A stretch of 27,096 nt of DNA. Source: a virus (lineage: Duplodnaviria > Caudoviricetes). Both the position numbers and the translations under genes were made by a program. Where the stretch lies: IMG/VR virus record IMGVR_UViG_3300027804_000191, positions 1 to 27,096 of that record; one strand, given 5' to 3'. Below, one piece after another: positions 1-8,543 of this stretch. Position 1 is the first letter of the stretch, and every line of letters begins with the position of its first letter. Under the pieces are notes generated by a model, which did no database searches, was not told the DNA's origin, and saw only the letters and a list, made by a program, of their open reading frames with translations.

Positions 1-2
1 TT

Positions 3-452
3 CTAGAACCTATACGTCAAGCCATAGACGTTCAACTGAAGCATATCATTACCCGACTCTATGGCTTTTACGACTATACCGGTATTCGTGTTACACAGTC
101 TTGGTTGGTGCATGGTACCACCCAACAGCATCATCACCCCCATACCCATTCCAATAGTTTTTTGTCTGGTGTATTCTATATTCGTGCATCGGATACTGAT
201 TCTATTGTATTTACCCGGGGTGGGGAATACGATCGAGTGAATATTCAGGTCAAGCATCGTGAGGTATCACCGCTTTCCAAAGATCGTTACCCCATATCGG
301 TACTGACCGGCGATCTAATCATCTTCTCCTCACATACCACCCATACTGTGACACCCATTACTTCTTCTGAACTCCGTCTATCGCTGGCCTTTAACACCTT
401 CTTAACCGGTACCCTAGGCCATTCCGATAACGCTAACGAACTGATACTATGA
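3..452 (+). CDS. 2OG-Fe(II) oxygenase (TIGR02466-like), 5'-truncated by window edge
   Basis: Frame is open from position 3 (LEPIRQAID...VTQSWLVHG), upstream of the ORF-track start at 105. Motifs HHPHTH-SNSFLSGVFY, GDLIIFSS..H.V and RLSLAFN are typical of this phage oxygenase family. Confidence 0.8.
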   Translation, partial: LEPIRQAIDVQLKHIITRLYGFYDYTGIRVTQSWLVHGTTQQHHHPHTHSNSFLSGVFYIRASDTDSIVFTRGGEYDRVNIQVKHREVSPLSKDRYPISVLTGDLIIFSSHTTHTVTPITSSELRLSLAFNTFLTGTLGHSDNANELIL

Positions 453-1147
453 AAGACTTTATATACCCTACTATCTTACAAGATAACTTCTTCGATGACC
501 CTGATGATATCGTAGAATTTGCTAAACTTCAAACTTATACCCCAGAACCTGACGGTTTTTGGCCTGGTTCTCGTGCCTCCATCGTACTTCAACAGCAAGG
601 CGACAATACCTATACCAAGTTTACACGACATGTTATGGATCGAATGAAGGAAATCGGTCGGTTTGCCGTACCTCCTCCTGAATATCAGTCCGGTAACCTG
701 AATCTTCAAGTACAAATACACTTTCAAACAGTCAATCCTCTGAATCCCGACCCCCAACATATCCTGAATCGTGGGTTTGTACATCACGATCATGCCGAAG
801 TTGGACCTGGGGGCCCGGTCATACAAATGACCGGCATAGTTTTTCTGAATCCTAAGGTGTCTACCTCCTGTGGTACTACGATCTATCAAGCATCGGCTCC
901 TGCCGATGAGATCTATACAGCTACAGACCTGAAATATCATGTTAATAAGACCGGGCAACTACCACCCCACCCCCAAGCCCATACCCAACTCATCCAACAC
1001 TATGAACAATTTGAAGAAACCCTGATGGTGAAACCCGTCTATAACCGTTTGGTGTCGTTTGACTCCAGACTCTGGCACGGTGCTACCTGTCTCCACACCG
1101 GAACTGCCGAACCTAGACTGACGATGGTTGTGTTCGTGGCCATGTAA
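449..1147 (+). CDS. 2OG-Fe(II) oxygenase-like protein (DUF6445-like)
   Basis: N-terminal DNFFDDPD and WPGSR; HHD (HxD); GTTIY; YNRLVSFDSRLWH...RLTMVVF. ATGA overlap with the upstream stop. Confidence 0.75.
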   Translation: MKDFIYPTILQDNFFDDPDDIVEFAKLQTYTPEPDGFWPGSRASIVLQQQGDNTYTKFTRHVMDRMKEIGRFAVPPPEYQSGNLNLQVQIHFQTVNPLNPDPQHILNRGFVHHDHAEVGPGGPVIQMTGIVFLNPKVSTSCGTTIYQASAPADEIYTATDLKYHVNKTGQLPPHPQAHTQLIQHYEQFEETLMVKPVYNRLVSFDSRLWHGATCLHTGTAEPRLTMVVFVAM

Positions 1148-1151
1148 CCCT

Positions 1152-1814
1152 ATGTCCCATAAAATTACTAAGGTTACTAGCCCCTCCACCCCCGATACTT
1201 TTATACTCAGTAGCTATCTACCCGAAGATGATATAGAAGAGTTTCTGAATATTAGAAAAAATCAGCATTCACAGTTTACACCAGCTATGGGTAGTGATTC
1301 TACTGATAATTTTAGAGGGTATACGCATATTGGCTCCCAACTCATGCCCCCTAAAACTGTACAGCGCTATATTCATGCTATGAATTGGCTGTTTTTGCAG
1401 TACTGTAAGGTCTATCGCTGGGTAATCCCCGATCATAACGATACTAACTACATCCAAGCAAGCACCCCGTTTAATCTTCAACACTACGAACCTGGTAAAC
1501 ACTACAGTATGTGGCATCCGGAAACGTATGGACCGGCGCATGAGAAGTTTTTACGGGCTTTTGTGTTTATGACTTACCTAAACGATATAGAAGTAGGCGG
1601 GGAGACGGAGTTTTTCTATCAACGACTGAAAGTTAAACCAAAACGCGGGTTAACCTTGATTTGGCCGGCAGGATTTACCCATGTCCATCGCGGATGCCCG
1701 GCACCCTATGAAGAAAAACTAATTTTGACGGGGTGGTACATCTATACCCACCGACTTTTCTTCTCACCCCAGGATTTTCACAAGCTTCCCCCCAAAACCC
1801 CACCTAAGAAGTAG
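1152..1814 (+). CDS. 2OG-Fe(II) oxygenase, prolyl 4-hydroxylase-like
   Basis: QHYEPG.HY..WHPE (HxE), YLNDIEVGGETEF, GLTLIWPAGFTHVHRG and K.ILTGW. Start taken at ATG 1152, just after the upstream stop. Confidence 0.85.
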   Translation: MSHKITKVTSPSTPDTFILSSYLPEDDIEEFLNIRKNQHSQFTPAMGSDSTDNFRGYTHIGSQLMPPKTVQRYIHAMNWLFLQYCKVYRWVIPDHNDTNYIQASTPFNLQHYEPGKHYSMWHPETYGPAHEKFLRAFVFMTYLNDIEVGGETEFFYQRLKVKPKRGLTLIWPAGFTHVHRGCPAPYEEKLILTGWYIYTHRLFFSPQDFHKLPPKTPPKK

Positions 1815-2724
1815 TATTAACGGGTTTAGAATTCTTAGGATGCCAGGGAGGGGTGAGGGGCTTGTATAATTCTCGGTATTCTAATGATTTAGCGTAAAAA
1901 GAACGTATTCTTTCTTCTATGTTAGTGTGAATGGGTAGAATAACCCCCGACCAGGGGCAGGAGAAGATGTTATGTAAGGCGCGTTGTGCTTGTTCTATTT
2001 GTTGACGGGCTGAAAATACTAATCTGGATATAGGAAAATACGCCCCATACCCTTCCATCAGAAAATTAGTAATATTATAAACCGGTTTACCTAGTAACGT
2101 ACCGGTAATACTCATTTCTGAGGCTGAGGTGGTGTAAATTTCATCACACTGTGCTAATAAGGCATTGCCAGACAAGTCTTTATCTATAATTTTATTCCAA
2201 CCGAACTTCCTACCTATAAAGTTAATAGCATCTTCGTTGGTAATAGGGTGCGGCTTGATATAAATGTCATCCTGCTCAAAAATTAAACGACTCATACCTT
2301 CGTGACTGGTAATTCCTAAAAGATTATGACCTGGGATAAACATAACCTTCTTAACATGCTTCCACTTACCTAGATCGGTTGATAAGGTATACTTGTCGCC
2401 AATAATTTGCTTAATAGTATCATTAGAAAGCATGGGGTAGGGGCCTAGTGAGGCCTGTTCTATCATTCTACAGTTTATTTCCCCCGACTGCGTGCCAATC
2501 CATACCCCACCTAGAAATTCCGTATAGGTATACTCACTAAAATTAATACTAGTTAAATAAGGTGAATGAACCTGAACATCGTAGGTGATAGGATAGGGGG
2601 CAAGATCGCGGACTAATGGTTCAATACTTTCAGCCCAAGCATTTCTTAATGAACGCGTGGCAAACGTACCAACTTTATTGGATTGAGTTTCTCGATCACT
2701 CATTAAATCTTTTGCAAATTTCAT
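1804..2724 (-). CDS. KpsS/KpsC-like (capsule synthesis, GT-B) putative glycosyltransferase
   Basis: YIKPHP and LLAQCDEIYTTSASEMSITGTLLGKPVY resemble the KxHP and D.V.T..S..G.EA...GKPV signature of Capsule_synth-type GT-B proteins. Confidence 0.5.
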   Translation of the reverse strand: MKFAKDLMSDRETQSNKVGTFATRSLRNAWAESIEPLVRDLAPYPITYDVQVHSPYLTSINFSEYTYTEFLGGVWIGTQSGEINCRMIEQASLGPYPMLSNDTIKQIIGDKYTLSTDLGKWKHVKKVMFIPGHNLLGITSHEGMSRLIFEQDDIYIKPHPITNEDAINFIGRKFGWNKIIDKDLSGNALLAQCDEIYTTSASEMSITGTLLGKPVYNITNFLMEGYGAYFPISRLVFSARQQIEQAQRALHNIFSCPWSGVILPIHTNIEERIRSFYAKSLEYRELYKPLTPPWHPKNSKPVNTTS

Positions 2725-2743
2725 AATATAATATACTTTTTAA

Positions 2744-3094
2744 TTAGGTAGCTTTATCCCATTTACCTATAGGACAAGCTGCAGATTTAATTCTAACTTT
2801 TGCAGGCATGAAACATCCACATTCCCTACAGAACTTTAGAGAATTTAATCGATCGCAGTTCTTACAAGTTTCAATACGAAATGCCACGCTAGAGCGATCT
2901 TCCGGTGGCTGTTCAGAAATAATAGGTATAGTATTGTTCATATGACGTTCAACTACCGATTGTCCAGGTTCAATAGGAGCAGCTGTTTTTTCACTTAGTT
3001 TATTAAGTAGAAAGGTATCTCTACTAATTCTACCTTGCCTAACTGCTTCTTCCATGTTAGTAATAATATCAGTATTACTGTCATTGTTTGTCAT
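2744..3094 (-). CDS. Cys-rich putative metal-binding protein (DUF6171-like)
   Basis: R...CxxC...CxxCGCFM..K......CP.GKW pattern. Confidence 0.6.
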   Translation of the reverse strand: MTNNDSNTDIITNMEEAVRQGRISRDTFLLNKLSEKTAAPIEPGQSVVERHMNNTIPIISEQPPEDRSSVAFRIETCKNCDRLNSLKFCRECGCFMPAKVRIKSAACPIGKWDKAT

Positions 3095-3100
3095 AATATA

Positions 3101-3598
3101 TTATCTCTCCAGTACTGGCCATGTAATATTAAAGATATCTGGCTGGTCGGTAACTTCGGCCAGTAACTTACCATAAGCATCAAGGTTAGCTAATGGAATA
3201 GTAGCCGTTAAACCTAAACGCTGCTCTCTTAACGCTCGGTTAATCATTACATCTAGCTCATCAAACAATACCTTGCGTTTGTTTCTAATTAACGCTAGCT
3301 GTTTTCTGATACGGCGATTGCTTTCGGAAGGTTCTGCTTGTTGAAGCTCATATAAGGGCTTCCAATAACCGTCAGTATCCGGGTCAGGTACACACCCAAC
3401 TAACGCAACTGCGTGGGTAAGATTAGGAGTAGGTGTTTCATCTGCCCGACCCGATCTAACACATACATAACCTAAACCTTCTAAAGCACTGGGGTTAATG
3501 GTGGTAGGTAGAGAGATACTACTTAAGGTTTTCCTTAAATCTTGCTCACTGATTGGGAACTCTACCGGTGTATTATTCTCAATTTTTGCAAAATGCAT
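3101..3598 (-). CDS. Tail fibre assembly chaperone-like protein
   Basis: C-terminal IRNKR..L...D...Y...L.EVTDQP....ITWP is typical of phage tail chaperones; lies downstream of fibre-like genes. Confidence 0.55.
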   Translation of the reverse strand: MHFAKIENNTPVEFPISEQDLRKTLSSISLPTTINPSALEGLGYVCVRSGRADETPTPNLTHAVALVGCVPDPDTDGYWKPLYELQQAEPSESNRRIRKQLALIRNKRKVLFDELDVMINRALREQRLGLTATIPLANLDAYGKLLAEVTDQPDIFNITWPVLER

Positions 3599-3611
3599 GT
3601 AAATTCCTTTT

Positions 3612-4319
3612 TTAGAATGTCATGACCGATGTCAGGTAGCTAGTACTTGGTCCGGTCGTACGAGAAGTGCTAATAGACGTATTACGGCTAGGGTAACTAA
3701 CACTAATTGTAGTTTGTGTAGACCGTGATGTATATTGGCTGTAATAATTTTCCACATACTGGTATTCTGTCCAGGAGGTATACTGACAACTTTGATAATT
3801 AGTAGTCCAGCTGGTGGCGTTTTCAATAGGAACCGTTTGCGGTGTAGAATAATTTATTTCGTAATTACCGCAATTATTAGTAGAACAAAAACCGCAGTTA
3901 ATACTAGGTCCGCATGTCTGTGTTACACTATATCCACACCAACCAGCAGGTGCACCTCCAGCGGGGTATGAAACTCCCGGGCAGGTTCCATTGAATACGT
4001 TGTCCCGATTAAATTCATAGCAAGTACCAGCAGCAGCGCATGTGTTAGTTGTACCCCCTGCTGCTGTGTTTCTTGAAGCCGGTGCGCTAACTGGTACACA
4101 GTTGGTGTTTTGCGCATATGGTACATATTCATAATTACCTACAGTTCCCCATGTTGTGTAGTAAGCTGTAGTAGTGTTACCATAGACACTTTCGTCCCAT
4201 GTAGTAGACCAGTTAGTAGACCATCCCGTAGAATAAGATGTTACCCAGTTGGTCGTCCATTCCGTTAAAAACGACTTTTGAACAGTAATTAAACGTCTAG
4301 TTAAAGGACCGCTACTCAT
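3612..4319 (-). CDS. Thr/Ser/Trp-rich, Cys-rich putative fibre or receptor-binding protein
   Basis: 4-residue T-x-[WY]-x periodicity at the N-terminus, 10 Cys centrally, TS[RY]x periodicity at the C-terminus; ATGA-coupled to the upstream structural gene. Confidence 0.5.
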   Translation of the reverse strand: MSSGPLTRRLITVQKSFLTEWTTNWVTSYSTGWSTNWSTTWDESVYGNTTTAYYTTWGTVGNYEYVPYAQNTNCVPVSAPASRNTAAGGTTNTCAAAGTCYEFNRDNVFNGTCPGVSYPAGGAPAGWCGYSVTQTCGPSINCGFCSTNNCGNYEINYSTPQTVPIENATSWTTNYQSCQYTSWTEYQYVENYYSQYTSRSTQTTISVSYPSRNTSISTSRTTGPSTSYLTSVMTF

Positions 4320-4951
4320 GTAAATTTACCCACGTATATACCAAATAAATTAGAATTTTCTTTAAAAAATACTAGAGAATCTTTTGCTGTTAAAGTAGGT
4401 GCTACATTTCCCGAAGAAGAAATCCAGGTCATTCCAGGCCAAGTAACAGTATAAGATGCCCCGCCATATAATATCATAGTAACCGATTGCCCACTGGTCA
4501 ATCCATCGGTAAAATTCGTAGTACCAGTCACTGCTCTAGTTAAAATAGTACCATTAGTAGATTGAATGATAGAGCTTGTTGATAACGGATAAACAGTTTC
4601 TGTAACGTTACCAGTAAACTTTACATTGGGGTGATAGGGATTAGTAAGAGCTAACGTGCCAATACTTACATTAGATGCATTGGTTACTTTACCTTTATCG
4701 TTTATAGTAAGTGCTGGAATATTAAGCACATTACCATACACTGCAGCTGCAACACCAGTGTTAGCATTTACTTCATTAATAGCAGATACTAAGTTCGACG
4801 TGTTAGATGAAGTAGTGTTTAATCTACTTAAAACTCCCACATTAGCATCGACAGTATTAGTCCAAGAGTTTAAATTAGAAAAATTACCATCTAATTCAAC
4901 TGTTGTAAGAGCTGATCCTTTGACGTTTCTTAATACAATAGTAGCGGCCAT
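4316..4951 (-). CDS. Virion structural / tail fibre-like protein
   Basis: N-terminal LR..KGS.LT..ELD.NF motif is common in phage tail/baseplate-attached proteins; Thr/Asn/Ser-rich beta-strand composition; first gene after a late promoter. Confidence 0.6.
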   Translation of the reverse strand: MAATIVLRNVKGSALTTVELDGNFSNLNSWTNTVDANVGVLSRLNTTSSNTSNLVSAINEVNANTGVAAAVYGNVLNIPALTINDKGKVTNASNVSIGTLALTNPYHPNVKFTGNVTETVYPLSTSSIIQSTNGTILTRAVTGTTNFTDGLTSGQSVTMILYGGASYTVTWPGMTWISSSGNVAPTLTAKDSLVFFKENSNLFGIYVGKFT

Positions 4952-4994
4952 GAATGCTTCCTGAAAAGGAGTAAGACATATAAATGAATTTATA

Positions 4995-5002
4995 TATTTA
5001 TA
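4995..5002 (-). promoter_or_regulatory. T4-type late promoter TATAAATA
   Basis: TATTTATA on + equals the exact T4 late consensus on -, about 44 nt upstream of ATG 4951. Confidence 0.75.
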
Positions 5003-5024
5003 TAGCTAACAAGTAAAGAGAGAG

Positions 5025-5053
5025 TTGATTTTTTTAATGTTATCATGTAATAT
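5025..5053 (+). promoter_or_regulatory. Sigma70-like phage promoter (TTGATT-17-TAATAT)
   Basis: Same TKGATT-N17 architecture as 6661, 23221 and 24719; GGAG RBS before ATG 5075. Confidence 0.5.
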
Positions 5054-5074
5054 AACAATACTTATGGAGGTCTT

Positions 5075-5437
5075 ATGAATGATTTGAATGATTTGCGTCG
5101 CAATGGTATCGTTGGTATCATAGATGTAGATGGGTTACAACCTACTTCGTTACATTTTGCCGAATGGTGGAATGGTGAAGGATTTGATGTAAGTTTTGAT
5201 GATGGTGATGTAGTCAAGCTACATTTAACTCAATTACAAGCACTGGTAACTATGGCTATAGCTACTGAATTTGTTGATATAGAAGAAGCACAGAATCAAG
5301 CCGCCGAGCTGATAAAAGAATCGGAGTACCGCGCTTCACGGATTGAGTCTATTCGTGAGAGTAACAAGAAAAATGAAGAGACTATGGAGCGTAGGCGCTC
5401 CTTTAAAGTAATACGTGACGAGCCGGGTGATGCATGA
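5075..5437 (+). CDS. Hypothetical phage protein
   Basis: 120 aa ORF with GGAG RBS; EWWNGEGFDV motif. Confidence 0.75.
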   Translation: MNDLNDLRRNGIVGIIDVDGLQPTSLHFAEWWNGEGFDVSFDDGDVVKLHLTQLQALVTMAIATEFVDIEEAQNQAAELIKESEYRASRIESIRESNKKNEETMERRRSFKVIRDEPGDA

Positions 5438-5568
5438 AGCTAGTGCGCTGGTATCATCACCCTAAGATTTTTCCCTGGATTACGCAATTTACGCTACTAG
5501 AATGGCTGGCACTGGGAATAACAGGTGGTTATTTACTATGGTTAATTTGGAGTCAATATGCAGGTTAA
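5434..5568 (+). CDS. Small membrane protein (44 aa, not in ORF track)
   Basis: MKLVRWYHHPKIFPWITQFTLLEWLALGITGGYLLWLIWSQYAG; ATGA overlap with upstream stop; fills the gap; one hydrophobic helix. Confidence 0.6.
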   Translation: MKLVRWYHHPKIFPWITQFTLLEWLALGITGGYLLWLIWSQYAG

Positions 5569-5770
5569 TACACGTGCGGTCTTAGAACGATGCATTGATA
5601 ACGGAATTCAGGCCGGGTTACGTCGTGCCTACAAGCATGTCGAAACTCCTACACAAGAAACGATTGCCGAATGCATTGACATGTATATTTGGTTGGAGTT
5701 AGAGGATTATTTCCTTTTACCCGAAACACCCGTTCCTAATACTGAACCGCTAATAAGTAACGGTGGCTAA
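5558..5770 (+). CDS. Hypothetical phage protein
   Basis: 70 aa ORF with GGAG RBS; G..RAYKH..TP motif. Confidence 0.7.
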   Translation: MQVNTRAVLERCIDNGIQAGLRRAYKHVETPTQETIAECIDMYIWLELEDYFLLPETPVPNTEPLISNGG

Positions 5771-5809
5771 TTTTCCTGATGCCACTATAATGATGGTATA
5801 GGAGAACTT

Positions 5810-6292
5810 ATGAAATCTAGTGATCGACATCTCGGTGGTGGGTTGTATATAGCGGCGGCTGTGTTAAACGGCCGTCGCCGTAACTTAGGGTTGGATGTAG
5901 CCCATGTAGTCAATCGAACGATCGATACGTTTAAAAAATATTTGAACGTACCGGATAATTTAAACGTTCGGATTGCCTCATGTCCATCGGGCTATTCCGG
6001 GCGTTATATTCATGCCTACAGAACGGTGGAGCTATCGTATAAACTGAATTGGCGTCAGGCCATGGAAGTACTAGCCCATGAAATGGTACATGCCGAACAA
6101 TACCATGAAGGGCGCCTATCTCATACGTTTAAACAAGGTAAGTTTCATTGGTTGTGGCATGGTCAAGCTTATAAGAATCGTCGGGTGTATGCTGCCTACC
6201 GCCAGCAACCGTGGGAGCAGGAAGCTTTCGATCGTCAAACCATGATTGCCGATTGGGTGATAGCCGATCTGAACGAACAATACGGTGAATAA
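5810..6292 (+). CDS. Zincin-like metallopeptidase
   Basis: LAHEMVHAEQ (HExxH) plus downstream Y..QPWE.EA; AGGAG RBS. Confidence 0.75.
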   Translation: MKSSDRHLGGGLYIAAAVLNGRRRNLGLDVAHVVNRTIDTFKKYLNVPDNLNVRIASCPSGYSGRYIHAYRTVELSYKLNWRQAMEVLAHEMVHAEQYHEGRLSHTFKQGKFHWLWHGQAYKNRRVYAAYRQQPWEQEAFDRQTMIADWVIADLNEQYGE

Positions 6293-6293
6293 C

Positions 6294-6410
6294 ATGTCTA
6301 GAAACGTAGTAGCTAAAGACGTTCGAACCCCTAAGTACCGCATGCGCGTGGTACCATCCAAGGTTCGCTATGTTCGTCAACCTAAACATAGGAAAAATAA
6401 CGATGAATAG
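6294..6410 (+). CDS. Small basic protein, ArfA-like (38 aa, not in ORF track)
   Basis: MSRNVVAKDVRTPKYRMRVVPSKVRYVRQPKHRKNNDE; starts 1 nt after the upstream stop and overlaps the next start. Confidence 0.6.
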   Translation: MSRNVVAKDVRTPKYRMRVVPSKVRYVRQPKHRKNNDE

Positions 6411-6657
6411 TAAACAGGATGAGATACTGACTATACTAGCAGAAGAGTGTGCTGAAGTCATTGTAGCTATTAGCAAAATTAAACGGTTTGGTTTAGAACA
6501 AAATACAGATGCCTTAAAGCGTGAACTGGCTGATGTACGCTGCATGCTTGATCTAGTAGAATCGTTTGGAATTGTTCCTTACCAACCTCAGGAATTAGCA
6601 ACTATGATTTTAGTTAAGCAGAAAAAATTGGAACAGTATTCCAGTATTTTTATGTAA
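6403..6657 (+). CDS. MazG-like NTP pyrophosphohydrolase
   Basis: EECAEV..AISK..RFG...ELADV (EExxE...ExxD). Start taken at ATG 6403. Confidence 0.75.
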   Translation: MNSKQDEILTILAEECAEVIVAISKIKRFGLEQNTDALKRELADVRCMLDLVESFGIVPYQPQELATMILVKQKKLEQYSSIFM

Positions 6658-6660
6658 CCG

Positions 6661-6689
6661 TGGATTTACTCACTCCATCAGTATATAAT
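6661..6689 (+). promoter_or_regulatory. Sigma70-like phage promoter (TGGATT-17-TATAAT)
   Basis: Perfect -10 with 17-nt spacer, intergenic, upstream of AAGGA RBS. Confidence 0.65.
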
Positions 6690-6717
6690 GATTGAACTAA
6701 CTTGATAAGGAACTTTG

Positions 6718-7695
6718 ATGGCACACGAACTTGAAATTGCAAAAGACGGTACAGCTTCTATGGCTTATGTAGGAGAAACTCCATGGCATGGTTTAGGTAA
6801 GCGAGTACCTGCCGATGTTTCTCCAGAGCAAATGTTACAGGCTGCAGGGCTTGACTGGACTGTAGAAAAAATGCCTTTGTTTTTTAACGACACAGCAGGA
6901 CCAGTTCTAACTCATGCTCGTGCATTAGTTCGTTCTACTGATCGTAAGGTATTGACGGTAATTTCTGATCAATGGAACCCAGTACAAAATTTAGAAGCAT
7001 TTCAGTTTTTTGATGACTTTGTTAAAGCCGGCGATATGGAAATGCATACGGCTGGTTCCCTTCGTGAAGGTAAGATGGTGTGGGCTATGGCTCAGATTAA
7101 AGACTCATTTGAACTTTTTGGAGGAGACAAGGTTGAAGGCTTTCTGCTATTTTCTAACCCTCATGAGTTTGGTCGTTCTATCGATATTCGTTTTACCCCT
7201 GTACGGGTCGTATGCAACAATACTCATACACTAGCACTTAATAGTGCCAATCAGCACGCCGTCAAGATTAACCATCGTGCTAAGTTTAATGGTGACCAGG
7301 TTAAAATGACTCTGGGTATTGCTAAAGAGCGTTTAGATGAGTATAAGGAGCAGGCTTTATTTTTAGGTCAGAAGAAGTATCAGAAAGAAACGCTGACAGA
7401 GTATTTTAATCGGGTATTTCCATCGTTTACTAAAGATGAATCTAAGAAATTAGATCTACGTAAGTTACCTGTAGGTAGGCAGTCTGAGGAAGCTATGGCA
7501 ACGATTCATACCCAACCGGGTGCTAGGTTTGCCGAGGGCTCCTGGTGGCAGGCATTCAATACCGTAACCTACATGGTCGATCATAAGTTGGGACGCTCGC
7601 AAGATTCTCGTCTTTCTTCAGCCTGGTATGGTTTGAATCGTGTAAAGAAAGAACAAGCGCTTGAGCTTGCTCTAGAATACGCTGAAATGGCTTAA
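6718..7695 (+). CDS. DUF932/DUF945 family protein (LGT_TIGR03299-like)
   Basis: MAHE...ETPWHGLG, AGLDW.V, QN.EAF.FF, TAGSL, TPVRVVCNNT and W.AFN.VT..DH. Confidence 0.9.
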   Translation: MAHELEIAKDGTASMAYVGETPWHGLGKRVPADVSPEQMLQAAGLDWTVEKMPLFFNDTAGPVLTHARALVRSTDRKVLTVISDQWNPVQNLEAFQFFDDFVKAGDMEMHTAGSLREGKMVWAMAQIKDSFELFGGDKVEGFLLFSNPHEFGRSIDIRFTPVRVVCNNTHTLALNSANQHAVKINHRAKFNGDQVKMTLGIAKERLDEYKEQALFLGQKKYQKETLTEYFNRVFPSFTKDESKKLDLRKLPVGRQSEEAMATIHTQPGARFAEGSWWQAFNTVTYMVDHKLGRSQDSRLSSAWYGLNRVKKEQALELALEYAEMA

Positions 7696-7699
7696 CTTT

Positions 7700-7722
7700 A
7701 AGCCAGCTAGTCTGGCTTTCTT
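7700..7722 (+). terminator. Putative intrinsic terminator
   Basis: AAGCCAG-CTAGT-CTGGCTT hairpin followed by TCTT, immediately after the stop at 7695. Confidence 0.5.
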
Positions 7723-7724
7723 AT

Positions 7725-8543
7725 ATGACATATCAAGCTATTATTTTAGTACTATCATCTGATGATGAATGTCTGGATAATTCTACGTGGTCAAGCCCTA
7801 GAATTTATCCAGAATGGAAACCTATGTTTCCCTACTTTAAACGTATTTGGGAATCATATCATACTACTAACCCTGATATTAAGATAGTTTATGTATATGG
7901 CAATTCCAAAATAGAAAGGAAGCCTTACGATTTAGTTTTTGAGCACGTAGAAGAAAACAATTACCCAGGAATGATCACTAAGACGTTACTGGCTATGAAG
8001 TTTATTGACCGTACCTATGACTATAATTATCTAATAAGAACTAATTTAAGCACATTTTGGAACTTACCTTTATTGTTAGATAGATTAAAAACTTTACCTG
8101 AAAAAGAATGCCTGGCAGGTACTGTTATAACTAAAGATGTTGTAGAAGCTATGTTAGGAAAAAATGCAGGTAAGGTTTTCGTTCCAGAAAGCTATATAGC
8201 TGGTTATGATATGATTATGAGCAGAGATGTGGTAAGAGAAATCCTACCCTTCCAGCAAAATATTATAAATCAACGAGTTGTTTTAAATATGGAGGATTTA
8301 TCCCTTTGTTTAGGTATTGAAACATATCTTGGTATTAAACATCAACCCAGGCATGTTAGACATGAAGTATCGAATATGTTTATGTCTAATACATTCATGG
8401 AATCTTACTTTAATAAAATATATAATGAGTCAATATTTCTGCAGCAAGATCATTACAGAGCAAAAAATAGATTAAATCGCAATGTAGATAAAATAATTCT
8501 TTCACGGCTGTTAGAAAAAGTGTATAACATATATGAAAAGTGA
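7725..8543 (+). CDS. Putative glycosyltransferase (GT31/galactosyltransferase-like), copy 1
   Basis: PGMITKT..AM, Y.YLIRTNLSTFW, YIAG...MS.D and EDL. Confidence 0.6.
   Translation: MTYQAIILVLSSDDECLDNSTWSSPRIYPEWKPMFPYFKRIWESYHTTNPDIKIVYVYGNSKIERKPYDLVFEHVEENNYPGMITKTLLAMKFIDRTYDYNYLIRTNLSTFWNLPLLLDRLKTLPEKECLAGTVITKDVVEAMLGKNAGKVFVPESYIAGYDMIMSRDVVREILPFQQNIINQRVVLNMEDLSLCLGIETYLGIKHQPRHVRHEVSNMFMSNTFMESYFNKIYNESIFLQQDHYRAKNRLNRNVDKIILSRLLEKVYNIYEK

Noticed and set aside
3612-4319. Diversity-generating retroelement target or RiPP precursor
   Set aside because: No reverse transcriptase, template repeat or leader/core pattern in the window; periodicity is at protein level, not a DNA repeat.
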